Assembly (NCBI GenBank): GCA_030537135.1 | Contig: JAUNOP010000002.1 | Location: 10,507 to 74,506 of the forward strand | Direction of reading: 5' to 3' | Length of the DNA: 64,000 bases | Source: Eubacteriales bacterium | GTDB lineage: Bacteria > Bacillota > Clostridia > Lachnospirales > Lachnospiraceae | Shown here: positions 44,576 to 53,694 of the stretch, piece by piece | Numbering within the stretch: the stretch's first letter is position 1 | How the letters are laid out: the number at the start of each line of letters is the position of its first letter | Position numbers and translations under genes: made by a program | The notes under the pieces: model-generated | What the model saw: only the letters and a program-made list of their open reading frames with translations | Databases searched by the model: none | What the model was told of the DNA's origin: nothing

Positions 44576-44600
44576 TCAGGATTTTCGTGTCAAAGGAACG

Positions 44601-44731
44601 AAAACACCTCGCAGAATCGCCCGTGAACAGTAACCATTACATACGTTCTTTATTATAATATATCTGTCATTATTTGTCGATAGAAAAATTTTAGTTACTG
44701 TTCACACGGCTACTGTCCCGCGAGGTGTTTT
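44601..44731. repeat. imperfect 34-38-bp inverted repeat flanking the DAHP synthase promoter
   Basis: Left arm AAAACACCTCGC...GTGAACAGTAAC (44601-44634). Right arm GTTACTGTTCAC...GCGAGGTGTTTT (44694-44731). Both terminal 12-mers are perfect inverted copies. The spacer is 59 bp and AT-rich. Confidence 0.75.
44652..44680 (-). promoter_or_regulatory. promoter of the DAHP synthase gene
   Basis: On the minus strand: TCGACA (44680-44675), a 17-nt spacer, then TATAAT (44657-44652). Confidence 0.55.
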
Positions 44732-44780
44732 GGCATGTATATGCCAAAATCCCGAGACATACAAGCCAAAATTTGCGCTT

Positions 44781-46130
44781 TTATTTTTGCTCTGTGAAAA
44801 GAAACTGCCTCAGAGCAAGCACATGCATAAGCGTCAGCGTCAGCTCTCCTGCCAGAATTCCCCACAGATAGCCTTGAATTCCCTTTATAGGAATCACGTT
44901 TACAACAAAAAATATTCTTATAGAAATAGCCAGAGCATTATGAATCAGACAGCTTCCTGCCTTTCCGAGCCCATTAAGCACACTGGAAAGCGTGGAATTT
45001 AAGTATAAAAAAGGACAGATAAAGGACATAATTCTTAGGTAGATTCCTACATCTTCATTATGAAAAAGAAAAAGTCCTGCCTGCTTTCCAAAGAAAAAAT
45101 AAAACATTCCGCATGAAATACCAAGAAACAGGCAAAACTGAATAATTCGATGTACGGCTCTTCTGATCGCCCCCTTCTGGCCAAGGGTCTGAAGCTCTGC
45201 AATGGACGGAAGCAGCATGGTTCCTACCGAATTCGTCAGGGTAGTGGGAAAAAGAATAAGGGGAAGAGCCATTCCTGTAAAAACTCCGTAAATACTGAGC
45301 GCTTCTGAGGAGGAAAGGCCGAATTTCTGAAGCCTTTGCGGAATCAGAACAACCTCCATGCTTGCAAGCAGTGTCAAAAGCACGCGGTTTGCAGTAAGGG
45401 GAACAGCCATTTCTCCGATTTCCCGAATACTTTGAAAAAGCGGCGGAAGCTTTTTCAGGGAAAAGGAGGACTTTTGTATGTGAACGCCGATTACAAGAAC
45501 AGAGAATAAAACAGCTATGATTTCACTGATTAATATTCCATGGACAGCAATAGAAGGAGTGGGAGCTTTTCCCTCAGACACAAGAATCCGGCATAAAAGG
45601 CATACAGAAAGCACTCGAACTCCCTGTTCAATAAGCTGAATAAAAGAGGGAAGCGCAGGCTTTTTCATGCCATAATAATAGCTGTTAATGCATCCGTGAA
45701 GAGCGCTTAAGGGAAGACTGAGGGCAAGAGGGATAAGAAGGGGAACCGTCCTTGCCTCCTTTAAAATATCCCGTCCAAAGGTTTCGCTGCCATGATACAG
45801 AAGATAGGCGGCTATTCCTGACAAAAGAAGGGAAATCGCAGTTCCGGTAAAAAAAGAGCCGATGGCGCCGTTTTTATCTTTTTTCGCGTATTTTGCTGCA
45901 GTGTGCCTTGAAATGGAAACCTGGAAACCGGATGCTGTGAGTGCAAGAAACAGGCCCTGAATCGGAAAAATCAGCTGGTAAATGCCCATACCTGCGGCAC
46001 CAATTGTATGAGACAATAATATTCTATAGAAAAATCCAATTATCCGGCTGAGGAGTCCGGTCATGGTGAGAATGATGGTACCTTTAAAAAAAAGGGATTT
46101 TTGCATGAGAAGCCTCATCGTTTTTTCCAA
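44781..46130 (-). CDS. MOP-superfamily flippase, SpoVB/MurJ-like
   Basis: 449 aa with about 12-14 TM segments. The opening KGTIILTMTGLLSRIIGFFYRILLSHTIGAAGMGIYQLIFPI is typical of SpoVB-type polysaccharide biosynthesis proteins. Confidence 0.7.
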   Translation of the reverse strand: MEKTMRLLMQKSLFFKGTIILTMTGLLSRIIGFFYRILLSHTIGAAGMGIYQLIFPIQGLFLALTASGFQVSISRHTAAKYAKKDKNGAIGSFFTGTAISLLLSGIAAYLLYHGSETFGRDILKEARTVPLLIPLALSLPLSALHGCINSYYYGMKKPALPSFIQLIEQGVRVLSVCLLCRILVSEGKAPTPSIAVHGILISEIIAVLFSVLVIGVHIQKSSFSLKKLPPLFQSIREIGEMAVPLTANRVLLTLLASMEVVLIPQRLQKFGLSSSEALSIYGVFTGMALPLILFPTTLTNSVGTMLLPSIAELQTLGQKGAIRRAVHRIIQFCLFLGISCGMFYFFFGKQAGLFLFHNEDVGIYLRIMSFICPFLYLNSTLSSVLNGLGKAGSCLIHNALAISIRIFFVVNVIPIKGIQGYLWGILAGELTLTLMHVLALRQFLFTEQK

Positions 46131-46313
46131 TTCTATGCAAAAATGTCCCTTGACAGAACAGGAGGTTTTTGGTACAGTATTAATAAAATCCGAGTGTTTT
46201 AGTAGGATTTTAACGTATCAAGCAAGTCCCCCACAGGACAATAAACAGACATGATTTAGTCTTAGCCGCAATCCAGGACTTTTAGAGTAAAGACAGAGGC
46301 AGGAGGAATAGAA

Positions 46314-47498
46314 ATGAATCAAGTTATATATTTAGATAATGCAGCCACGACAAGGACTGCTCCTGAGGTAGTGGAGGCAATGCTTCCCTATTTCTCAGAG
46401 CTGTATGGGAATCCGTCAAGCATTTATGAGTTTGCAGGAAAAAGCAAGGAGGCGATTATGGCGTCCAGAGCCAAAATCGCAGAGATTCTGGGAGCGCAGA
46501 CAAATGAGATTTATTTTACAGCAGGAGGAAGCGAGGCTGACAACTGGGCGCTCAAGGCAGCCTTTGAAGCCTACAGTAAGAAAGGAAACCACATTATTAC
46601 TACAAAAATAGAGCATCACGCGATTCTCCACACCTGTGAATATCTGGAGAAGACCAGAGGCGCTCGCGTTACGTATCTGGATGTGGATGAGAATGGTATT
46701 GTGCGCATGGATGAATTGGAGAAGGCCATTACTCCTGAGACCATTCTTATTTCTGTTATGTTTGCAAACAATGAAATCGGTTCAATACAGCCGATTAAAG
46801 AAATCGGAAGAATTGCCAGAGAGCATAATATTCTTTTCCATACAGACGCTGTCCAGGCGTTTTGCCAGGTGCCGATAAATGTAGACGAGTGCGGTATAGA
46901 TATGCTCAGCTCAAGCGCTCATAAAATCAATGGGCCAAAGGGAATCGGTTTTCTTTATATCAGAAAAGGAGTGAAAAACCGTTCCTTTGTACACGGCGGA
47001 GGGCAGGAGAGAAAGCGCCGTGCAGGAACAGAAAATGTTCCGGGAATTGTTGGCTATGGAGCAGCAGCCCAGAGAGCATGGAAATCCATGAAAAAGAGAA
47101 CCGAAGAGGAGGCAGCTCTCAGAGATTACATGATTCAGAGGATTCTGACAGAAATTCCTTATGTGCGTCTGAATGGCGATAAGGAGAGGCGCCTTCCGAA
47201 TAATGTCAATGTGAGCTTCCAGTTTGTAGAGGGAGAGTCCCTTCTTTTGATGCTTGATACCTATGGAATTTGTGCGTCCAGCGGTTCTGCCTGCACATCC
47301 GGGTCTCTGGATCCTTCCCATGTGCTTCTGGCGATTGGGCTGCCCCATGAGATTGCTCATGGCTCTTTAAGAATGACGCTTTCTGAGGAGACAACTCGTG
47401 AAGAAATTGACTTTACAGTAGATAAATTAAAGGAGATTGTTCAAAATCTGAGAAATATGTCTCCATTATACGAAGATTTTATAAAAAGTAAGAGATAA
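46314..47498 (+). CDS. nifS: cysteine desulfurase (NifS/IscS type)
   Basis: PLP lysine SSAHKINGPKG and active-site loop SSGSACTSG. Confidence 0.92.
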   Translation: MNQVIYLDNAATTRTAPEVVEAMLPYFSELYGNPSSIYEFAGKSKEAIMASRAKIAEILGAQTNEIYFTAGGSEADNWALKAAFEAYSKKGNHIITTKIEHHAILHTCEYLEKTRGARVTYLDVDENGIVRMDELEKAITPETILISVMFANNEIGSIQPIKEIGRIAREHNILFHTDAVQAFCQVPINVDECGIDMLSSSAHKINGPKGIGFLYIRKGVKNRSFVHGGGQERKRRAGTENVPGIVGYGAAAQRAWKSMKKRTEEEAALRDYMIQRILTEIPYVRLNGDKERRLPNNVNVSFQFVEGESLLLMLDTYGICASSGSACTSGSLDPSHVLLAIGLPHEIAHGSLRMTLSEETTREEIDFTVDKLKEIVQNLRNMSPLYEDFIKSKR

Positions 47499-47564
47499 TA
47501 GCTTTACAGAATAATAGTAAACAATCACTGCCATAAATAAAATACTTGTCAGGAGGAAAAAAAC

Positions 47565-48011
47565 ATGTATAGTGAAAAGGTAATGGATCATTTTCAGAAT
47601 CCCCGTAATGTGGGAGAAATCCCGGATGCGAGCGGTGTGGGTACTGTGGGAAATGCAAAATGCGGAGACATCATGAGAATTTTCCTGGATATAGACGAAG
47701 AAACCAAGATTATCAAGGACTGTAAATTTAAAACTTTTGGATGCGGCGCAGCAGTGGCAACCAGCAGTATGGCAACAGAGCTGGTAAAGGGCAAGACCAT
47801 TCAGGAGGCTATGGAGGTTACCAACAAGGCGGTTATGGAAGCGCTTGACGGCCTTCCGCCTGTGAAGGTACATTGTTCTCTCCTTGCTGAGGAAGCTATC
47901 CATGCGGCATTATGGGATTATGCACAGAAGCATGGCATTACCATTGAGGGACTTGAGAAGCCAAAGTCAGACATTCATGAGGGAGAAGAAGAGGCAGAGG
48001 ATACGTATTGA
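47565..48011 (+). CDS. nifU: Fe-S cluster scaffold NifU/IscU
   Basis: HFQNPRNVG, GNAKCGD, FKTFGCGAAVA and VHCSLLAEEA are present. Confidence 0.92.
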   Translation: MYSEKVMDHFQNPRNVGEIPDASGVGTVGNAKCGDIMRIFLDIDEETKIIKDCKFKTFGCGAAVATSSMATELVKGKTIQEAMEVTNKAVMEALDGLPPVKVHCSLLAEEAIHAALWDYAQKHGITIEGLEKPKSDIHEGEEEAEDTY

Positions 48012-49087
48012 TGAGTAAGGGAACTGTGATTTTAGGCCTGTCAGGAGGAGTGGACTCCTCTGTGGCTGCCTTTCTTTTAAAAGAGCAGGGATATGAGGTT
48101 ATTGGAATAACTATGATAAATTTCCGGGAGCAGAGTCTGTCTCCCGGAATTTGTGATGCTTCGGAGAAGAGCGCCGCAGATGCGGCGGCAGTTGCCAGGT
48201 ATCTTGGAATTCCCCATATGACAGTAGATTTTACCAGAAAATTTGAGAATCAGGTAATCAATCATTTTGTAGCGGAATATTTAAATGGAAGGACCCCTAA
48301 TCCCTGCGTGGTATGCAACCGTTTTGTCAAATGGGAGGCCATGCTTGCCAAATGCAGGGAGCTTGGCGGCGATTATCTGGCAACTGGTCATTATGCGCGA
48401 ATTGAAAGACTTAAGAACGGCAGATATGCGGTTATGAGGAGCGCCTCTGCACAAAAGGATCAGACCTATGCACTTTATCGCCTGACGCAGGAGCAGCTTT
48501 CCAGAACCTTGATGCCTGTAGGAGATTTTCCAAAGGAGGAAATCAGGAGGATTGCAGAACGGGCAGGAATTCCGGTTGCTGATAAGCCGGACAGCATGGA
48601 AATCTGCTTTATTCCGGATAAGGATTATGCAGGCTTTATTGAGAGAAGATGCGGCGCGCTCCCAAAGGGAAATTATGTAAATGCAAAAGGAGAGCTTCTA
48701 GGGCAGCATGAGGGAATTATTCATTATACCATAGGGCAGAGAAAGGGGCTTGGCCTTGCCATGGGACACCCGGTTTTTGTCACAGAAATTCGGCCAAAAA
48801 CCAATGAAGTAGTGATTGGCGAAAAGGAAGAGCTGTTTTCCAGCACACTTTTATGTAATCAGCTTAGTGCAATGGGAGTTGAAAGTCTGGACACAGGAAT
48901 GCAGGTTCAGGCAAAAATCCGGTATAACCATAAGGGCGCGAGCGCTGTTTTGGAGAGAGTGGGGGAGGATGAGCTGATTTGCCGCTTTCAGGAGCCGCAG
49001 AGAGCGGTTACTCCGGGGCAGGCGGTTGTTTTCTACCAGGGAGACGCTGTGGCTGGAGGAGGAACAATAAAGGGTAAAATGGCGTGA
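48008..49087 (+). CDS. mnmA: tRNA 2-thiouridine(34) synthase MnmA
   Basis: PP-loop GLSGGVDSSVAA, plus NPCVVCN and DQTYALY. ATGA overlap with nifU. Confidence 0.94.
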   Translation: MMSKGTVILGLSGGVDSSVAAFLLKEQGYEVIGITMINFREQSLSPGICDASEKSAADAAAVARYLGIPHMTVDFTRKFENQVINHFVAEYLNGRTPNPCVVCNRFVKWEAMLAKCRELGGDYLATGHYARIERLKNGRYAVMRSASAQKDQTYALYRLTQEQLSRTLMPVGDFPKEEIRRIAERAGIPVADKPDSMEICFIPDKDYAGFIERRCGALPKGNYVNAKGELLGQHEGIIHYTIGQRKGLGLAMGHPVFVTEIRPKTNEVVIGEKEELFSSTLLCNQLSAMGVESLDTGMQVQAKIRYNHKGASAVLERVGEDELICRFQEPQRAVTPGQAVVFYQGDAVAGGGTIKGKMA

Positions 49088-49223
49088 GACTTTTTGATAT
49101 ATTTTTTGATGTAGAATATCAACAAGAAAGCGACTGATACAGCAGAGCAGCTATTCGGTTATGAGCAAGTAACAAAGCGGACTGAAAATATCCGCTGACA
49201 ACAGAAAGTAAGATGAGAAAAGT

Positions 49224-51641
49224 ATGACAGGACTAACAAAGGAACAGGTAGAAGAGAGAATACAGGCAGGAAAGGTGAATCATAATGAGGAGCCGATTAC
49301 CAGAACCTATAAGCAGATTATTCTGGAGAATACGCTTACGTTCTTCAACTTTTTGAATGTGGTGCTTTTGGCTCTGGTACTCTTTGTGCGCTCGTATAAA
49401 AATTCCATGTTTATGGGAATTATTCTGCTCAATACAATCATTGGAATTGTGCAGGAGATCCGCGCAAAGAAAACCATAGACAAGCTGGCGATTATGACAG
49501 TGAGCCAGATAACAGTTTTCAGAGACGGGGAGGAGACAGTACTTCCTGTTGATCATCTGGTCTTGGACGATCGGATTCTTCTGAAGGCAGGAGACCAGAT
49601 TCCGGCGGATTCCAGAATTGTACAGGGGTCTTTGGAGGTAAATGAATCCCTCCTTACAGGAGAGGCGGACAATCTCTCAAAAACAGAAGGGGATGAGCTG
49701 TATTCAGGAAGCTTTGTGACAGCAGGTCAGGCAGAATGCGAGATTATTCGCGTAGGAGCAGAAAATTATGCATCCAAAATCACAAGCGAAGCAAAGGAAT
49801 TTCGGCGCCATAATTCAGAACTCCGTAATTCTCTGAATATTATCCTCAGGTGCATCGGAATCATTATTCTTCCCCTGGGGGGAATGCTTTTTTATAAACA
49901 ATATGTTATCATGAAAAACACACTTCAGATTTCAGTGGTTCATACAGTGTCCGCAGTTCTGGGAATGATTCCTGAAGGGCTGGTTCTTCTGACAAGCGTG
50001 GCGCTGACATTGGGGGCGCTTGCCCTGGCAAGAAAGAAAACTCTTGTGCAGGAGTTGTATTGCATTGAAACCCTGGCCAGAGTAGACACGCTTTGCCTTG
50101 ACAAGACGGGAACCATTACAGAGGGCAGCATGTGTGTGGAGAGAGTGGAAATCCTGGAGGCCGAGACAGAAGGAGACGCGGAGAATCCAGAAGACGAGAA
50201 CAAGGAGAAGCAGGACAAAGCGCAGACAATGACGCCCCAGGAGCTTCAACGGCTTATGGGGAATCTGATGACTGCTCTCACTGACAAGAACGCCACTGCC
50301 GAGGCTCTGCGCAGATATTTTCCTTTTGCAAGGGATTATTCGCCAAGATGCGTGATTCCATTTTCGTCAGACAGAAAATACAGCGGCGCCAGCTTTGCAG
50401 GACAGGGAACCTGGCTTATGGGAGCTTTTCAGTTTTTATTCCCAGAGGGAAATCCCTCCCTGGAGGAGAAGTGCAGGCAGTATGCAGGGGAAGGACTTCG
50501 CGTACTGGTTCTGACACACAGTGAGCAGGAGACAGAGGAAGCATGTCTTCCCGAGGGGCTTCAGGCAAAGGCCTTGATTCTTCTCACAGATGTTATTCGT
50601 GAGGAAGCGCCGGATACGCTGGCCTTTTTTGACAGCCAGGGGGTGGACTGCAAGGTGATTTCAGGGGATGACCCTGTGACAGTGGCAAGCATTGCAGAGA
50701 GAGCCGGACTGAAGAACGCAGATAAATATGTGGACGCCTCCATGCTGCGTACTCCTGAAGAGCTTGCAGAGGCAATGAAGAGCTATCAGGTATTTGGGCG
50801 GGTAACGCCTCAACAGAAAAAAGAGATGGTTCTGGCACTGAAAAAACAAGGGCATACAGTAGCAATGACAGGGGATGGAGTGAATGACGTTCTGGCTCTT
50901 AAGGAGGCAGACTGCAGTATTGCTATGGCTTCAGGAAGTGATGCTGCCAAGAACATTGCCAATGTAGTGCTTCTTACCTCTGATTTCAGTGCCATGCCTC
51001 ATATTGTGAATCAGGGACGGCGGGTGGTCAACAATATCCGTATGGCGGCATCTATGTTTTTGGTGAAAACGCTGTTTTCTGTATTTCTGGCTCTTTTGAC
51101 CATTTTCTTTGGAAATTCTTATCCCTTTGAGCCGATTCAGATGTCTCTTATCAGCTTCTGTGCTGTGGGAGCGCCCACCTTCCTTTTGGCTCAGGAGCAT
51201 AATTACAATAAAATTGACAACACCTTTTTGAGGCACGTATTTATGAATGCAGTTCCGGCGGCCGTGACAATTACAGGCTGTGTGTTTATCATTATGATGG
51301 TATGTGAGAATGTATATCATTCGGCAGCCATGATGGGAACTGCCTGCGTGCTGGCAACAGGATGGAATTATATGGCTACCCTGAAGACCGTGTATTCTCC
51401 TCTGAATACGTATAGAAAGGTGATTATCTATGGTATGCAGTTAATTTTCTTTGGGGCAGCCGTGTGCCTTCAGGATCTTTTGGTTCTTGGCTCCCTGGAA
51501 TTCGGGATGATTATTCTGGTCTTTGTACTGATGACCTTTGCGCCTCTGGCCATTGATGGAATTACAACAGGGCTTCGCACGCTCTGTGAGAAGCTAACCC
51601 AACACCGTGCAGAACGGAAAAGAAAAAAGAGCAAAGGATAG
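49224..51641 (+). CDS. cation-translocating P-type ATPase (specificity unknown)
   Basis: 805 aa. TGEA, DKTGTITEG, TGDGVNDVLALKEAD and 8-10 TM segments. Confidence 0.9.
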   Translation: MTGLTKEQVEERIQAGKVNHNEEPITRTYKQIILENTLTFFNFLNVVLLALVLFVRSYKNSMFMGIILLNTIIGIVQEIRAKKTIDKLAIMTVSQITVFRDGEETVLPVDHLVLDDRILLKAGDQIPADSRIVQGSLEVNESLLTGEADNLSKTEGDELYSGSFVTAGQAECEIIRVGAENYASKITSEAKEFRRHNSELRNSLNIILRCIGIIILPLGGMLFYKQYVIMKNTLQISVVHTVSAVLGMIPEGLVLLTSVALTLGALALARKKTLVQELYCIETLARVDTLCLDKTGTITEGSMCVERVEILEAETEGDAENPEDENKEKQDKAQTMTPQELQRLMGNLMTALTDKNATAEALRRYFPFARDYSPRCVIPFSSDRKYSGASFAGQGTWLMGAFQFLFPEGNPSLEEKCRQYAGEGLRVLVLTHSEQETEEACLPEGLQAKALILLTDVIREEAPDTLAFFDSQGVDCKVISGDDPVTVASIAERAGLKNADKYVDASMLRTPEELAEAMKSYQVFGRVTPQQKKEMVLALKKQGHTVAMTGDGVNDVLALKEADCSIAMASGSDAAKNIANVVLLTSDFSAMPHIVNQGRRVVNNIRMAASMFLVKTLFSVFLALLTIFFGNSYPFEPIQMSLISFCAVGAPTFLLAQEHNYNKIDNTFLRHVFMNAVPAAVTITGCVFIIMMVCENVYHSAAMMGTACVLATGWNYMATLKTVYSPLNTYRKVIIYGMQLIFFGAAVCLQDLLVLGSLEFGMIILVFVLMTFAPLAIDGITTGLRTLCEKLTQHRAERKRKKSKG

Positions 51642-51674
51642 CTTAAGCGCCGCTGGCGCTTAGGTTATCCTCTG

Positions 51675-51711
51675 GTTGCTGCTCACGGAATAGTCGCCAG
51701 TGAGCAGTAAC
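51675..51711. repeat. hairpin built from the GTTACTGYTCAC repeat core
   Basis: GTTGCTGCTCAC-ggaatagtcgcca-GTGAGCAGTAAC. The same 12-mer family appears at 41411, 44623 and 44694. It is preceded by the hairpin TAAGCGC-cgctg-GCGCTTA. Confidence 0.65.
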
Positions 51712-51750
51712 TTCACAGCTGCTGTCTGGGACTTTTATAGTAAAATAGGA

Positions 51751-51779
51751 TTGAAATCTGAAAGCATTGTTGTTATAAT
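51751..51779 (+). promoter_or_regulatory. leuA promoter (extended -10)
   Basis: TTGAAA (51751-51756), a 17-nt spacer ending in TGT, then TATAAT (51774-51779). Confidence 0.55.
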
Positions 51780-51802
51780 AGAAAAAAGGCAGAAGAGTAT
51801 AG

Positions 51803-51839
51803 GGGGTTCCAGAACATAGAAGGAGCCTCGCTTTTTTTT
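51803..51839 (+). terminator. intrinsic terminator inside the short leuA leader
   Basis: GGGGTTCC-agaacatagaa-GGAGCCTC (8 bp, two G-U pairs) followed by GC and TTTTTTTT. It starts only about 17 nt after the predicted transcription start. Confidence 0.5.
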
Positions 51840-51877
51840 ACTCTATATCAGCCGCTATTATCAGGGAGGACAAAAAA

Positions 51878-53533
51878 ATGATGAATGCAGACAAGTACAA
51901 AAGACAATATTATCTGCCTCCGGAAAGATGTATGAGCTGGGCAGATAAGGAATATGTAGATAAAGCGCCCATATGGTGCAGCGTAGACCTCAGAGATGGC
52001 AATCAGGCTCTGGTAATTCCTATGAGTCTTGAACAAAAGGTGGAATTCTTCAAGCTTCTGGTTCAGATTGGATTCAAGGAAATTGAAGTGGGATTTCCAG
52101 CTGCCTCAGAGACAGAATATGAATTTCTGCGTACCTTGATTGAACAGAATCTGATTCCAGAAGATGTTACTATCCAGGTGCTGACCCAGGCTCGCGAGCA
52201 CATTATACGCAAAACCTTTGAGGCGGTAAAGGGCGCGCCAAGAGCGATTGTGCATGTGTATAATTCTACCTCTGTTTCTCAGAGAGAGCAGGTATTCCGA
52301 AAATCAAAGGAGGAAATCCTCAAAATTGCCGTGGAGGGAGCGGCTCTCCTAAAGAAGCTTGCACAGGAGACAGAAGGGAATTTCCAGTTTGAATACAGCC
52401 CGGAAAGCTTTACAGGAACAGAACCAGAGTATGCTCTGGAGGTGTGCAATGCAGTTCTGGATGTATGGCAGCCGACTGCTGAGAACAAGGCCATTATCAA
52501 TCTGCCTGTCACAGTACAGCATTCTATGCCCCACATCTATGCAAGCCAGATTGAGTACATGTGCAAGCACATGAAATACAGAGAAAATGTGCTGGTATCT
52601 CTTCATCCGCATAATGACAGAGGCTGCGGCGTGGCGGACGCGGAGATGGGACTTCTGGCAGGCGCAGACAGGATTGAGGGAACCTTATTTGGAAATGGTG
52701 AGAGAACCGGAAATGTAGACATTGTGACCCTGGCCATGAATATGTATTCTCAGGGCGTGGAGCCTGGTCTTGACTTTTCAGACATGCCTCATGTGTGTGA
52801 GATTTATGAGGAATGCACGGGAATGAAGGTGGATGAGAGAAGCCCATACAGCGGAGCTCTGGTTTTTGCAGCCTTCTCAGGCTCTCATCAGGATGCGATT
52901 GCAAAGGGCATGCACTGGATTGAAGAGAAGGATCCGGATCACTGGACAGTTCCTTATCTTCCGATTGATCCAAAAGATGTGGGAAGAAATTATGACGCGG
53001 ATGTTATCCGCATTAACAGTCAGTCCGGAAAGGGCGGCGTAGGCTATATTCTTGAGACAAAATATGGTCTTAACCTTCCGCCGAAAATGCGTGAGGCAAT
53101 GGGCTACGCGGCAAAGGCGGTTTCTGACCATGCACACAAGGAGCTGCTTCCGTCAGAAATTTTTGACCTGTTCAAAAAGACCTTTGAAAACGTTGTGGAG
53201 CCGTACAGCATCAACGAGGTTCATTTCCAGCAGAAGAATGGAGGAATTGTCACTCAGGTAACGTCTACCTTCCGCGGAAGAACCATAACCACAGAGGCGT
53301 CAGGAAATGGTCGTCTTGACGCGGTAAGCAATGCTCTTAAGAAGGCATATGAACTCAAATACAGCCTTGTTACATATCAGGAACACGCATTGGAGAAGAG
53401 TTCCAAATCAAAGGCGATTGCTTATGTGGGAATCCAGAAGCCAGATGGCACTCTGGCCTGGGGAGCTGGTGTGGATGCAGATATTATCCGTGCTTCCATA
53501 GACGCCCTTGTGACGGCCATTAACAACAGATAA
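51878..53533 (+). CDS. leuA: 2-isopropylmalate synthase (long form)
   Basis: 551 aa. WCSVDLRDGNQAL, HPHNDRGCGVA and a C-terminal LeuA dimerisation/regulatory domain. Confidence 0.9.
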   Translation: MMNADKYKRQYYLPPERCMSWADKEYVDKAPIWCSVDLRDGNQALVIPMSLEQKVEFFKLLVQIGFKEIEVGFPAASETEYEFLRTLIEQNLIPEDVTIQVLTQAREHIIRKTFEAVKGAPRAIVHVYNSTSVSQREQVFRKSKEEILKIAVEGAALLKKLAQETEGNFQFEYSPESFTGTEPEYALEVCNAVLDVWQPTAENKAIINLPVTVQHSMPHIYASQIEYMCKHMKYRENVLVSLHPHNDRGCGVADAEMGLLAGADRIEGTLFGNGERTGNVDIVTLAMNMYSQGVEPGLDFSDMPHVCEIYEECTGMKVDERSPYSGALVFAAFSGSHQDAIAKGMHWIEEKDPDHWTVPYLPIDPKDVGRNYDADVIRINSQSGKGGVGYILETKYGLNLPPKMREAMGYAAKAVSDHAHKELLPSEIFDLFKKTFENVVEPYSINEVHFQQKNGGIVTQVTSTFRGRTITTEASGNGRLDAVSNALKKAYELKYSLVTYQEHALEKSSKSKAIAYVGIQKPDGTLAWGAGVDADIIRASIDALVTAINNR

Positions 53534-53694
53534 GAACAGATATACGAACATAAACCCTGGAAAACTTTATACAACTACAAAATTCGACTTGACATATTCT
53601 ATATTATTAACTATAATTTATTTATAAGTTACAAAAATGTTACGAAATGATAAAAAATTAAAAAACAAAAGAAAAACAATAAATTTCGTAAAGG

